Origin: Candidatus Peregrinibacteria bacterium | GTDB taxonomy: Bacteria; Patescibacteriota; Gracilibacteria; UM-FILTER-43-11 | Length of the DNA: 64,000 nt | Assembly: GCA_016932495.1 (NCBI GenBank) | Contig: JAFGCR010000011.1 | Coordinates: forward strand, 4,973 to 68,972 | Direction of reading: 5' to 3' | Shown here: positions 1 to 9,222 of the stretch, one piece after another | Layout: the number at the start of each line of letters is the position of its first letter | Position numbering within the stretch: the first letter of the stretch is position 1 | Translations under genes and position numbers: made by a program | Notes under the pieces: model-generated | Seen by the model: the letters and a program-made list of their open reading frames with translations, nothing else | Database searches by the model: none | Told to the model about the DNA's origin: nothing

Positions 1-2
1 AA

Positions 3-284
3 TACTACGTGTATATTTTGACTAATTATACAAAAACAACCTTGTATATAGGGGTTACGAATAATGTCGAATACCGTGTGGCTGAACATAAGACGGGCGA
101 GGGGAGTTGTTTCACTGGGAAATATAATCTTAAATTTCTTGTTTATTACGAAGAATACGATAGTATTTTGGATGCTATTTATCGTGAAAAACAATTAAAG
201 AAATGGAATCGGGAGTGGAAAGAAGAGTTAATTAATGAAATGAATCCCAAATGGGAGGATTTAAGCAAGGAATGGTATGAATAG
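3..284 (+). CDS. GIY-YIG nuclease family protein (small stand-alone UPF0213-like); 5' end runs off the window
   Basis: ORF 9..284. The frame stays open back to base 3 (YYVYILTNYTKTTLYIGVTNN...RVAEHK). GIY/YIG motifs and the conserved R and E are in the usual spacing. Confidence 0.8.
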   Translation, partial: YYVYILTNYTKTTLYIGVTNNVEYRVAEHKTGEGSCFTGKYNLKFLVYYEEYDSILDAIYREKQLKKWNREWKEELINEMNPKWEDLSKEWYE

Positions 285-285
285 A

Positions 286-303
286 TTCCCGCCTGCGCGG
301 GAA
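286..303. repeat. Perfect 7-bp hairpin TTCCCGC-ctgc-GCGGGAA (ATTCCC-N8-GGGAAT form), 2 nt after the GIY-YIG stop
   Basis: Read directly: 286-292 pairs with 297-303. No U-tract follows, so this is not a classical terminator. Confidence 0.8.
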
Positions 304-342
304 TGACGAGGGAGCAATAATTATTCCTTAACTATCATAACT

Positions 343-924
343 ATGAACGCAGGCATCACATACCAACAGGCCACAGAGCTGTTCAACAAACACATCAAAG
401 ATCCGATGATCCGCAACCATTGCAGAGAGTCGGAAGTGGTTTTGCGCGCTTTGGCTAAACGGTTAGGTGATGATGAGGAGCTATGGGGCATTGCGGGGCT
501 ACTCCATGACATTGATTTTGATGAGACCAAAAACGACGTGAGCCAGCATTGCGTTAGGTGTGTGGACATTCTGAAAGAAGCCGGCGTGTCGGATGAATTG
601 ATTAAAGTAATCATATCTCATGCGTATGGAACGGAATGCGGAGATTATAGAGACAAAGAGCGTACCACTAAGTTCCAGCATGCATTGGCAGCCGGAGAGA
701 CGGTAACAGGGCTGATTTACGCCTATGGTCTTATGCGACCGGACAAAAAACTGGCTAATGCGGAGGCCAAATCAATCAGAAAAAAATTCAAAGACAAATC
801 CTTTGCCGCCAAGGTGAGCCGTGACGTTATTCGGGAATGCGAAAAGTTAGGCTTGGAGCTTGAGGAATTCCTTGAAATCGCCCTTGGCGCCATGAAGGGC
901 ATTGCGGATGAAATAAGGCTTTAA
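343..924 (+). CDS. HD-domain (HDIG-like) metal-dependent phosphohydrolase
   Basis: 193 aa. GLLHDIDF (HD dyad) with an upstream H (NHCRESE) and a downstream ISHAYG. Confidence 0.7.
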   Translation: MNAGITYQQATELFNKHIKDPMIRNHCRESEVVLRALAKRLGDDEELWGIAGLLHDIDFDETKNDVSQHCVRCVDILKEAGVSDELIKVIISHAYGTECGDYRDKERTTKFQHALAAGETVTGLIYAYGLMRPDKKLANAEAKSIRKKFKDKSFAAKVSRDVIRECEKLGLELEEFLEIALGAMKGIADEIRL

Positions 925-1271
925 ACGATTTCTCTGAGCAATACTTCTGACTTCCCCTCTGCCTCCTGAGTCACCTTAAGGATGCGTGTGTCTGCCAGTG
1001 TGCCGGGGGCACCCCCTCGAGGTAATATGATTTTTAAAAGCAATCGGATCGACCTCGCTTGTTTTTCTCTTTTATTTTTCACCTCCAAAGCCACTTCATT
1101 CGTTTCAAGAGGCCTGATTTCATAGTCGACATTGTTGTGATTGCCATCGGTCACCGCCCCAACGGCGTCACGAGTCAGTCGGACGATTGTCCGTTTATCA
1201 ACTTGCAACAAAGTGGCCACCTGTTCACAGGCCGCATCAAAAGATGATAGATTTCTGGGTAATTGTTCCAC
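921..1271 (-). CDS. hypothetical protein (GTG start)
   Basis: 116-aa ORF downstream of acs on the same strand. A promoter-like TTGACA-N17-TAAAAA lies on the minus strand around 1290-1320. No recognisable motif. Confidence 0.4.
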   Translation of the reverse strand: MEQLPRNLSSFDAACEQVATLLQVDKRTIVRLTRDAVGAVTDGNHNNVDYEIRPLETNEVALEVKNKREKQARSIRLLLKIILPRGGAPGTLADTRILKVTQEAEGKSEVLLREIV

Positions 1272-1334
1272 TGTTATACGTTTAACAAATCAGGAAATCT
1301 TTTTACCTTTTTGGGAGAGGATTGTCAAATATTA

Positions 1335-3308
1335 CTAGTCCGCCAGCGCGCTCGTGTCTCCTAAGGCCTGACCCAGTTCTTTGGCTTTCAGAATACGGCG
1401 CATGATCTTGCCGGAGCGGGTTTTCGGGAGGGAGTCAACAAATTCGATTTCGTCGGTTACCGCGATGGGGCCCAGTTCGTTGCGGATTTGTTTTTTGAGC
1501 TCAAGAACGAGATTGTCGTTCGGCTCAACGCCTTTTTTAAGGATGACAAACGCCTTGGCGGTCTCCCCCTTGATTTCATGGGGCTTGCCGATGACAGCCG
1601 CTTCCGCGACCAGTTTGTGGGCGACCAGAGCGCTTTCAATTTCCGCGGTCCCAATGCGGTGACCAGCAATTTTTATGACGTCATCAGACCGGCCCTGAAT
1701 CCAGAAATAGCCGTCCTTGTCCCGATGAGCCAAGTCGCCCGTAAGATAGTAGCCTGGAATATCCTTCCAGTATGTTTTAATGTAGCGTTTGGGATTATTG
1801 AAGATGGTGCGAAGCATGGAAGGCCATTGGTTTTTAATGACCAAATAGCCTCCTTCTCCCGCTCTGACCGGCTTGCCGTGTTTGTCGACCACATCAGCGA
1901 TGATGCCCGGAAACGGAAGGGTGGCGGAACCCGCCTTGAGTGGCATGGTGGGGAGTGGCGTGATCATAAACATACCGGTTTCAGTCTGCCACCAGGTATC
2001 CATAATGGGGCACCGTTTTTTGCCCACCACGCGGTGATACCACCGCCATGCTTTTGGGTTGATAGGTTCGCCCACGGAGCCAAGAAGCCGAAGGCTGGAT
2101 AAATTATTTTTCGTAACCCATTCGTCCCCAAAGCGCATCAGCGCGCGGATAAGGGTGGGGGCCGTGTAAAAGACGGTGACTTTGTATTTTTCTACCAATT
2201 TCCACAAACGATCCGGTTTTGGGAAATTGGGCGCCCCTTCAAACATCACCGTAGTCACCCCTGCCATCAGCGGCGCGTAAACGATGTAACTGTGACCGGT
2301 AATCCAGCCCGGATCCGCAGAACACCAGTAAATATCATCGGGCTTTATGTCCATGACCCAGTGGAAGGTGCGGTTGATACCCACTTGATAGCCACCATGA
2401 ACGTGGATAATGCCTTTGGGCTTAGCAGTCGTACCAGAGGTATAAAGGACGAATAAGGGGTCTTCTGCGTCCATAGGGCGCGTTTTGCATTCGGTTGATT
2501 GGTTACGAACGAGTTCTCCGTACCAGATGTCGCGCTTTTTGTTCTTTTTTTCGCTGTTGGGATGGCGTTTTACAATCACCGCTTTTTTGATGCATTTGCA
2601 TCCCTTCAGAGCCTCATGACACAGGGCATACATATCGATGATCTTTCCGCTCCGGAAACCGACGTCGGAGGTGATCAGGACTTTTGCCTTTGCATCCTCA
2701 ATGCGGTCGCGGAGCGCGTGAGCGGAAAAGCCCGCGTACACCACCGAATGCATGGCCCCGATTTTGGCACAAGCCAGCATCGAAATGGCGATTTCGGGGG
2801 TATTCTGCAGATAGATGGCGACCCGATCGCCCTTTCGGACGCCCAGGCCCTTTAAACCATTGGCCATTTTGCAGACAGATGCGTTCAGCTCTTTGTAGGT
2901 GAGTTTTCGGTGGTCGCCACGGTCACTTTCCCAAATGATGGCGGTTTTGTTTTCGGTCGGCGTGCCCATGTGGCGGTCCAGTGCGTTGTGGACGATATTG
3001 CATTTGCCACCGATAAACCATTGGTAAAAATGTTTTTTGGCCTCTTTGAAAGGTGTTTTCCATGGTTCATACCATTCCAGTTCTTTTGCCGCCTGTTCCC
3101 AGAATTTCACGGGATTCCGCCGTGCGTCATCGTGAACCTTTTTCCACTGTTTAATGGTGGCTGTTCTGTGAATTTTCCGTGAGGGTTTATACCATTTTTT
3201 TTCATCCATCAAAACCACAGTGGTTTCGCGCTGTTTGGCTGGTTTTTTGGGCATTTGATTATGATTATTAATTTTTATTTCTTTCCCATTATAAATTATC
3301 TCCCGCAA
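1335..3308 (-). CDS. acs: acetyl-CoA synthetase (AMP-forming)
   Basis: 657 aa. Has the YTSGTTAKPKG AMP-binding motif, GWITGHSY, and a C-terminal LPKTRSGKIMRR. The true start may be an internal Met (3254 or 3209). Confidence 0.9.
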   Translation of the reverse strand: MREIIYNGKEIKINNHNQMPKKPAKQRETTVVLMDEKKWYKPSRKIHRTATIKQWKKVHDDARRNPVKFWEQAAKELEWYEPWKTPFKEAKKHFYQWFIGGKCNIVHNALDRHMGTPTENKTAIIWESDRGDHRKLTYKELNASVCKMANGLKGLGVRKGDRVAIYLQNTPEIAISMLACAKIGAMHSVVYAGFSAHALRDRIEDAKAKVLITSDVGFRSGKIIDMYALCHEALKGCKCIKKAVIVKRHPNSEKKNKKRDIWYGELVRNQSTECKTRPMDAEDPLFVLYTSGTTAKPKGIIHVHGGYQVGINRTFHWVMDIKPDDIYWCSADPGWITGHSYIVYAPLMAGVTTVMFEGAPNFPKPDRLWKLVEKYKVTVFYTAPTLIRALMRFGDEWVTKNNLSSLRLLGSVGEPINPKAWRWYHRVVGKKRCPIMDTWWQTETGMFMITPLPTMPLKAGSATLPFPGIIADVVDKHGKPVRAGEGGYLVIKNQWPSMLRTIFNNPKRYIKTYWKDIPGYYLTGDLAHRDKDGYFWIQGRSDDVIKIAGHRIGTAEIESALVAHKLVAEAAVIGKPHEIKGETAKAFVILKKGVEPNDNLVLELKKQIRNELGPIAVTDEIEFVDSLPKTRSGKIMRRILKAKELGQALGDTSALAD

Positions 3309-3415
3309 AAGACAACCTCTCCAGTCGACTTCTGATTGATGTCTAATCGACAGCTAATAGACCGAGTCAATCAGCCATCAATTAGCAATCCATACGAAAT
3401 CCATTAGTTATGCCC

Positions 3416-3444
3416 TTGCATTTTAGAGTGAAATTTGTTATAAT
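3416..3444 (+). promoter_or_regulatory. sigma-70 type promoter TTGCAT-N17-TATAAT
   Basis: -35 at 3416-3421 and -10 at 3439-3444, 29 nt upstream of the ATG at 3473. Confidence 0.6.
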
Positions 3445-3472
3445 AGTAAGATTTAAAATCTAAATCGAAATC

Positions 3473-5014
3473 ATGAATACGAAAAAAATATTTATTTGTT
3501 TAACCAGCGCGCTGCTTTTCGCCGCCCAATCCGCCCTGGCGGCCGGTACGCCCGGTAATGTTACCGGCGTGGAGGCTACCCCTGTCGATTCCGGCTCAAT
3601 CGGGTTAACGTGGGGCAGCGTGAAAGACGCAGGCGGCGGCCTTGTGGACCATTACCGCATCTATTACGGCACTTTTTCCGTATTTGAGGCGGGCGAAGGA
3701 GATTATGAGAATGAGGTGGATACGAAAGACAATACCGCTTCTTATGTGGTAGATGGCCTGAAGGCTGATACAACGTATTACTTTTCAGTCACCGCGTTCA
3801 GTTCTGACGATCTGGAAAGTGAGGAATACAGTCTGGAGGCAAGCGCCAAAACTATGAATGGTGAAGGGGGCGAGGGAGAAGGCGAATCTGAAACCGATAC
3901 CACCCCGCCTACGGTTAACAACGTTTCTGCCCCGGATAAAATGCACGTTAAAGTCGTGTTCAGCGAAGCGGTCCAGCTGCCTATTGATCCGGAAGCCGCT
4001 TTCGGTATCGTCGAACAGATCAATCCTGCCAACACATTAACGGTTGTCAGCGTAGGGATGGATGAAACGGATCCCTCTAATAAAACGGTCCTCCTGGAGA
4101 CATCTGAGCAAACGCCTAATATTAATTATATCGTTACGGCGGGGGTTACAGTTAAAGATCTGGCTGACAACCCGATTGTCAGCGGAAGTACGGATTCAGG
4201 GCTGTTCTTGGGCTCTTCTGTAGAACCTGCGGCCGAGGGTAGTGGGGAAGAGGCGGCCGAAGAAGAACCAGCTACTGATGAGGGCGCTGCGGCCGAAGAA
4301 GAACCGGTTGTTGCTGAGGCCAAGGACTGTGCTGAAGACATGAGCTGTTTCCTCCCCTATCTTGCCGACTGTTCTGCCGCGAAAGTTTCTGAAAAGGGTG
4401 AAATCCATGAATATACCCTGGAAATCACGGGCCCGGACGCCACTAATTGTTTAGTAAAATACACGGCCGACCGTCATCCCAGCATCCTGTACGCGGGTAC
4501 GGATATGGTATGTAAGGTCGCGGCTGGTGACTATGAGAATGCGGAGGCTTATCGTGCCGCTTTTGACATCTTAAAATGTACCGGCGACCTTGCCGCCGGC
4601 TATAAAGCGGTTGAACTGAAAGATACTACCCCTCCGGAAAACGTGACCAATCTGCTCCTGACCTTCCGTGAAGAACTCGAAAAATATACCGTATTCCTCA
4701 GCTGGACAGCGAGCCTCAACACTGCTAAAGACCTGGTGGATCAGATGCTCTATAAGAGTCTGGACAGGGGAAGCACTTATGACGCGGGGAAATCCCTGGG
4801 CGCCTCCGCAACCAACACAGAAGTAGCCAATCTGGACGGGGGCAAAGAGTACACGTTCAAGGTGACCACTAAAGACGCATCCGGTAATGAGAGCACTGGT
4901 GCGGTCAAGTCCATCCGCCTGCCTCAGACCGGTTTGGGTGTCGGTTTACTGCTTCTTGGCAGCGTTGCCGCTGCAGGTCGCCTGCTCCGCCGGAAAGAGG
5001 ACAATGAATTATAA
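3473..5014 (+). CDS. LPXTG-anchored surface protein with fibronectin type III-like domains and an acidic linker
   Basis: Signal peptide MNTKKIFICLTSALLFAAQSALA. FN3-like segments at both ends (YRIYYG..., YTFKVTTKDASGNES). The C-terminus is LPQTG, a hydrophobic stretch, then RRKEDNEL, which is a sortase sorting signal. Confidence 0.85.
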   Translation: MNTKKIFICLTSALLFAAQSALAAGTPGNVTGVEATPVDSGSIGLTWGSVKDAGGGLVDHYRIYYGTFSVFEAGEGDYENEVDTKDNTASYVVDGLKADTTYYFSVTAFSSDDLESEEYSLEASAKTMNGEGGEGEGESETDTTPPTVNNVSAPDKMHVKVVFSEAVQLPIDPEAAFGIVEQINPANTLTVVSVGMDETDPSNKTVLLETSEQTPNINYIVTAGVTVKDLADNPIVSGSTDSGLFLGSSVEPAAEGSGEEAAEEEPATDEGAAAEEEPVVAEAKDCAEDMSCFLPYLADCSAAKVSEKGEIHEYTLEITGPDATNCLVKYTADRHPSILYAGTDMVCKVAAGDYENAEAYRAAFDILKCTGDLAAGYKAVELKDTTPPENVTNLLLTFREELEKYTVFLSWTASLNTAKDLVDQMLYKSLDRGSTYDAGKSLGASATNTEVANLDGGKEYTFKVTTKDASGNESTGAVKSIRLPQTGLGVGLLLLGSVAAAGRLLRRKEDNEL

Positions 5015-5037
5015 ACAAAAATAAAAATAAACGGAGG

Positions 5038-5066
5038 GCCCCGTCTCCCGGCGGGGCTTTTCTTTT
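5038..5066 (+). terminator. Rho-independent terminator
   Basis: GCCCCG (5038-5043) pairs with CGGGGC (5052-5057) and is followed by TTTTCTTTT. Confidence 0.75.
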
Positions 5067-5076
5067 GGCAAATAGT

Positions 5077-5105
5077 TTGACAAAATTGAATTTTTTGATT
5101 ATAAA
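5077..5105 (+). promoter_or_regulatory. sigma-70 type promoter TTGACA-N17-TATAAA
   Basis: -35 at 5077-5082 and -10 at 5100-5105. This supports plus-strand transcription into 5132..5401 and the ComEC-like gene. Confidence 0.6.
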
Positions 5106-5131
5106 TATCATCCGAGACTAATTGGATCATC

Positions 5132-5401
5132 ATGGACAACGGAGAAATGAGACTACTGGGCCTCCTCGACGATACAGACGCGCCATCCGAAGAAGAGCTG
5201 GATGCTTTGCGTGAGGAGCTCCTGGGCAGTGTCACGACTGACGTCCCCACGTGGGGGATGGCCGTTGGAGGTAAAAGAGTCGTGTACAGCCCCGATATGC
5301 GTGGAGATGTCCATCCAAGCCTCCTGAACCCGATCAGCATTGATTTAAAAATGGGGTTCGCGGAAAGGATCCGCCGATTTTTACGTTCAATATTCAATTA
5401 A
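5132..5401 (+). CDS. hypothetical small acidic protein
   Basis: 89-aa ORF just downstream of a consensus promoter. Preferred over the antisense 157-aa ORF 4924..5397. No motif. Confidence 0.35.
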   Translation: MDNGEMRLLGLLDDTDAPSEEELDALREELLGSVTTDVPTWGMAVGGKRVVYSPDMRGDVHPSLLNPISIDLKMGFAERIRRFLRSIFN

Positions 5402-5425
5402 CCGTATGCTCTCCCGACAACGGGC

Positions 5426-6274
5426 ATGCGCCATTTAGACCGCAAACACTGGATTTGGTTTTATACGATAGGAACGGGGGCATTGTTGCTGTCGGTTTTA
5501 ACCATGTGTGGATTATCCCGGCCACTGACCATGAGTGTTCTGGATGTGGGTCAGGGGGATGCCATATTCATCCAGACGCCTGAGCGCCACAATATCCTCA
5601 TCGATGCGGGGCCGGATGGTTCGGTGGTCGACCAGCTGGGGCAGCAAATGGGATTTTTTGATAAGACCATTGATCTTTTTATCCTCACTCATCCCCATGA
5701 TGACCATTATGGGGGGATCTTAGATGTGATGCAGAAATATGATATTAAAAAAATCCTGCTCACCGGCGCCTATTCCGGGGACCCACGGTACCAGGAGTTT
5801 CTGGCGCGGGCACAACAGGGCGGAATCACATTGCTGTTCAACCAAAGCCACCAAGACCTTCGTATCAGCCCCTATCTTTACCTTGATATCCTGTATCCAT
5901 TTGAGGGGCAAAGCCTGGTCGGACAGGATGTCGCCAATGACAACAACGCCTCTGTTGTCGCCCGCCTGGTGGAACGGACACCGGATAACTGGAGGTCGTT
6001 GGCTTTGCTGACCGGCGACGCGGAACAGGAAGAAGAGCTGGAAATCCTTTTGTCCGGCCAGGAGGTGGCATCGGATGTTCTGAAAATCGGGCATCATGGC
6101 AGCCGTACCGCGACTTCGGATGTTTTTCTGGCCGCTGTACGCCCATCAACCGCCATCATATCCGCCGGGGAGGGGAACCAATTTGACCACCCGCACCCGG
6201 AAACATTAGAGAAATTAAGAGATTTAGATGTTCGGCAGACGATGAAGGGGGGGACAATTATAATGAATTTTTAA
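5426..6274 (+). CDS. ComEC/Rec2-family metallo-beta-lactamase domain protein (MBL domain only, N-terminal TM helix)
   Basis: LDVGQGDAIFIQTP, LIDAGP, THPHDDHYGG, LTGDAE, KIGHHGSRTA. Confidence 0.8.
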   Translation: MRHLDRKHWIWFYTIGTGALLLSVLTMCGLSRPLTMSVLDVGQGDAIFIQTPERHNILIDAGPDGSVVDQLGQQMGFFDKTIDLFILTHPHDDHYGGILDVMQKYDIKKILLTGAYSGDPRYQEFLARAQQGGITLLFNQSHQDLRISPYLYLDILYPFEGQSLVGQDVANDNNASVVARLVERTPDNWRSLALLTGDAEQEEELEILLSGQEVASDVLKIGHHGSRTATSDVFLAAVRPSTAIISAGEGNQFDHPHPETLEKLRDLDVRQTMKGGTIIMNF

Positions 6275-6373
6275 TTTTTGCTAAAATTTATAATTCCTCA
6301 AAATAAAAATTTCAAATTAAAAATTAAAAACTTTGGCATATGGTAAAATAGGTGTGTTCTAACCACCAAAACC

Positions 6374-7684
6374 ATGCAAGTCATTTTACTCGCCGCGGGC
6401 CAATCCACCCGTTTGGATCCGATTGCGGACAAAAATTTACTGGAATTCGCCGGAAAGCCCCTGATCGAACATCGTGTGGCGGCCCTGAAAAAGGCCAATA
6501 TGCGGGACGTAGTCGTGGTGGGGAACAAACACAATGCCGATGCGCTGGAGAAAGCTCTCAAAGGATACAAAAACGTACTCGTTATTGAACAAAAGAAACT
6601 GGAGGATGGTATGGCAGGCGGGGTGTTGGCGGGGGCTGAGGCCGTAAAACACAAAAATATCATGGTGCTGAGCGCGAATGATGTGTTTGGGGACGATCTC
6701 TTTGAAAAAGCCGTGCAGGCGGCCAAGGCATCTGAAGATGGTTTGATCGTGGGCAAACGGGTGAATAGTTACTTCCCCGGAGGATACCTGAAGGTGGATA
6801 AAAAGAATAATGTGACAGATGTCATCGAGAAACCGGGCGAGGGGAAAGAGCCCAGCGATATGGTCAACATTGTCCTTCATATTTACAATGACTTCCCTGC
6901 TTTCGTTAAATATCTCAAAACGACCACGGGCAAGGCGGATGGACGATACGAAAAAGCGCTGGATGCCTATATTAAAAAGGGGAAGGCGAAGCTGAAAGCC
7001 CTTAAATACACCGGTGCCTGGCAGCCGATCAAGTTTCCCTGGGATATTCTGAAAGTCATGAACCTCTTCTTGCAAAATCAGGAACCCAGGATCGACAAAA
7101 AAGCGGATGTCAGCAAGCAGGCCATCATCCGCGGGGATGTGGTCATCGGCCCGAACGCCAAAATATTCGAAAATGCTATTATCCATGGCCCCGTGTACAT
7201 CGGCGACGGAGCAGTGGTAGCCAATAACGCCCTGGTCCGTAACAGCATGGTGGGCAAAAATTGTGTTATTGGGTTTTCGACGGAGGTTGCCCGAAGCTAT
7301 TTAAATCATGATGTCTGGACGCACAGTAATTATGTTGGGGACAGTGTCGTGGACAGCAATGTTTCGTTCGGTTCCGGCGCGGTTATCGGCAATCTGCGGT
7401 TCGATGAAGCGAATGTGCAGGTGAACATCAAAGGGAAAAAAGAAGATAGCGGCACCAATAAGCTCGGCGCTTTTATCGGGAGCGGGGCGCGTCTGGGCAT
7501 CAATGCCAGCACTAACCCCGGAGTGAAAATCGGACAAAATTGTTTTATTGGCGGCAGTATGTATGTGGACAAAGACGTGCCGGATGACAAAATGGTTTTA
7601 CTGGAGCAGAAAGTGAAAATCACCAGTAACAAAAAAACTGTCTCGATGAATGACAGGGGGGAGATGAAGCAAAAGCTTGGGTAG
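6374..7684 (+). CDS. sugar-phosphate nucleotidyltransferase fused to a left-handed beta-helix (hexapeptide) domain, GlmU-like architecture
   Basis: N-terminal MQVILLAAGQSTRL. The C-terminal half is rich in hexapeptide-type repeats ([IVL]G..xx). Confidence 0.75.
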   Translation: MQVILLAAGQSTRLDPIADKNLLEFAGKPLIEHRVAALKKANMRDVVVVGNKHNADALEKALKGYKNVLVIEQKKLEDGMAGGVLAGAEAVKHKNIMVLSANDVFGDDLFEKAVQAAKASEDGLIVGKRVNSYFPGGYLKVDKKNNVTDVIEKPGEGKEPSDMVNIVLHIYNDFPAFVKYLKTTTGKADGRYEKALDAYIKKGKAKLKALKYTGAWQPIKFPWDILKVMNLFLQNQEPRIDKKADVSKQAIIRGDVVIGPNAKIFENAIIHGPVYIGDGAVVANNALVRNSMVGKNCVIGFSTEVARSYLNHDVWTHSNYVGDSVVDSNVSFGSGAVIGNLRFDEANVQVNIKGKKEDSGTNKLGAFIGSGARLGINASTNPGVKIGQNCFIGGSMYVDKDVPDDKMVLLEQKVKITSNKKTVSMNDRGEMKQKLG

Positions 7685-7686
7685 GC

Positions 7687-8007
7687 TCATCTGCCAGCCT
7701 TTTCCCTCTCTTCCTCTTGTTTCGCCAATTCCTCGGCATATCCACCGCTCTCAGGATTGCCCAAGAGGTGTTTTAACCGCTGACGGGCTCCTTTATATTC
7801 ATTGTTTATTTCCTCAAATACTTCGGCTTTTTCGGCGGGCGTTAGATCATCATAGCCGCCATCAAAAAATCTAAGTGCTTCCCGGAAAGTAACACAGATG
7901 TTCCGTAGCTCAGCGATACGAGGCAGGTTTTCTTTTTCGGCGGCCTTTCTTTCTTCCTCAAGGCAGATTGTGTGATCAAATTGTGCCTCTTCTGCGGTGA
8001 TAGCCAT
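7687..8007 (-). CDS. hypothetical protein
   Basis: 106-aa ORF served by a perfect consensus promoter (8035-8063). No motif. Confidence 0.5.
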   Translation of the reverse strand: MAITAEEAQFDHTICLEEERKAAEKENLPRIAELRNICVTFREALRFFDGGYDDLTPAEKAEVFEEINNEYKGARQRLKHLLGNPESGGYAEELAKQEEEREKAGR

Positions 8008-8034
8008 AAGGATGAATTAAAAATTTCATTTGAA

Positions 8035-8063
8035 ATTATAATATATTATTTTGTTCTTGTCAA
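8035..8063 (-). promoter_or_regulatory. perfect consensus sigma-70 promoter TTGACA-N17-TATAAT (minus strand)
   Basis: -35 is the reverse complement of 8058-8063; -10 is the reverse complement of 8035-8040. Confidence 0.7.
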
Positions 8064-8072
8064 TATTTTTCA

Positions 8073-8100
8073 TTGACAAACTGTCTAAAATCTGTAAAAT
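8073..8100 (+). promoter_or_regulatory. sigma-70 type promoter TTGACA-N16-TAAAAT
   Basis: -35 at 8073-8078 and -10 at 8095-8100. The two divergent -35 boxes form the palindrome TTGTCAAT-N7-ATTGACAA (8057-8079). Confidence 0.55.
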
Positions 8101-8121
8101 ATAAATCTGATTTATACTATC

Positions 8122-9222
8122 ATGTCCTTTATCCGAGCGCTCAAAAACTTGGGGATGTTGGGTCTGGGGTTGCTGATCCCTCTTTCTGTGGCGGCCAAAA
8201 CGTTTTCAGATGTCCCCACCTACCACAAATACTGGCTGGCTATTTCTCAGCTGTCTGATCTCGGGGTGGTTGATGGCTATCCTGACGGCAGTTTTCATCC
8301 TGAGCAGACGATTTCCCGGGCTGAGGCGGCCAAACTTTTGGTATCGAGTATTAAATCGGATGAATTTATCCGGAAGGCGGCCAGCAGTTTCGTGAAAAGC
8401 GGCTTCAGCAGCCCCTTTTCTGATGTTTCTTTTAACGAGTGGTTTGGCCCCTATGTTGTCATGGCCAAGCAATACGGTATGGCCGATGGCTACCCGGACG
8501 GTTCTTTTAAACCTGGCAACACCATTAATTTCGCAGAAGGCCTAAAAATGATCCTCCAGTCTTATGGGGCGGACGTGCAATCAGAACGTTTTGTGGAGCG
8601 ATCCCTTCTGTATGTTAAGGGGCATGAATGGTTTGCGCCCTATTTTAACTATGCCTACAACCATAATTTGATTAATACTGATAAGTTTTATCACCCGGCC
8701 CAACTGATGACGCGCGGGGAGTTTGCAGAGATTCTTTACCGCCTTAAAACCATTAAAGAGAAGGGGCTCAGGCAATTTCCTGTAAACCAGACTTCATTTT
8801 CTAATGAATACACCATCACCATTCCCCGCCTGGGCATTGTCAATGTGGATGTTTCTTTCGCCAATCCTTATGATTCCGCCGGGGCGCTGGGGACGCTGAA
8901 GGGAGGAATGGGCCACTATTTGTCGCCCCCTGGCGGTGGAGGCAAAATGGTGCTTTTCGGGCATTCGTCCGGTTACAGCTGGGACAACTCTTCCTATAAA
9001 CACCTTCTGCGGCAGATCGACCGGCTGGAGATCGGTGACTTTATTTACATTAATTACCAGGAAAGAGGTTATATTTATCAGGTCCGCAATAAAGACATTC
9101 TTCCCGCCGGCCAACTAAATACCGTGATGACAGACTATGGCTACGAAGAAATGGCCATGTATACCTGCTGGCCGCCAGACAGCATCAGCCAGCGGTACGT
9201 GGTGTACGCGGCGCGTTTATAA
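8122..9222 (+). CDS. SLH-domain (x3) protein fused to a C-terminal sortase catalytic domain
   Basis: Signal peptide. SLH repeats (FSDVPTYHKYW...GYPDGSFHPEQTISRAEAAKLL; FSDV...GYPDGSFKPGNTINFAEG). Sortase-like VLFGHS (His), MAMYTCWPP (TLxTC-type Cys) and RYVVYA (Arg). Confidence 0.75.
   Translation: MSFIRALKNLGMLGLGLLIPLSVAAKTFSDVPTYHKYWLAISQLSDLGVVDGYPDGSFHPEQTISRAEAAKLLVSSIKSDEFIRKAASSFVKSGFSSPFSDVSFNEWFGPYVVMAKQYGMADGYPDGSFKPGNTINFAEGLKMILQSYGADVQSERFVERSLLYVKGHEWFAPYFNYAYNHNLINTDKFYHPAQLMTRGEFAEILYRLKTIKEKGLRQFPVNQTSFSNEYTITIPRLGIVNVDVSFANPYDSAGALGTLKGGMGHYLSPPGGGGKMVLFGHSSGYSWDNSSYKHLLRQIDRLEIGDFIYINYQERGYIYQVRNKDILPAGQLNTVMTDYGYEEMAMYTCWPPDSISQRYVVYAARL

Noticed and set aside
4924-5397. 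157-aa minus-strand ORF overlapping 5132..5401
   Set aside because: A plus-strand terminator (5038-5066) followed by a plus-strand consensus promoter (5077-5105) favours the plus-strand reading. The minus-strand product is Ser/Arg/Pro-rich.
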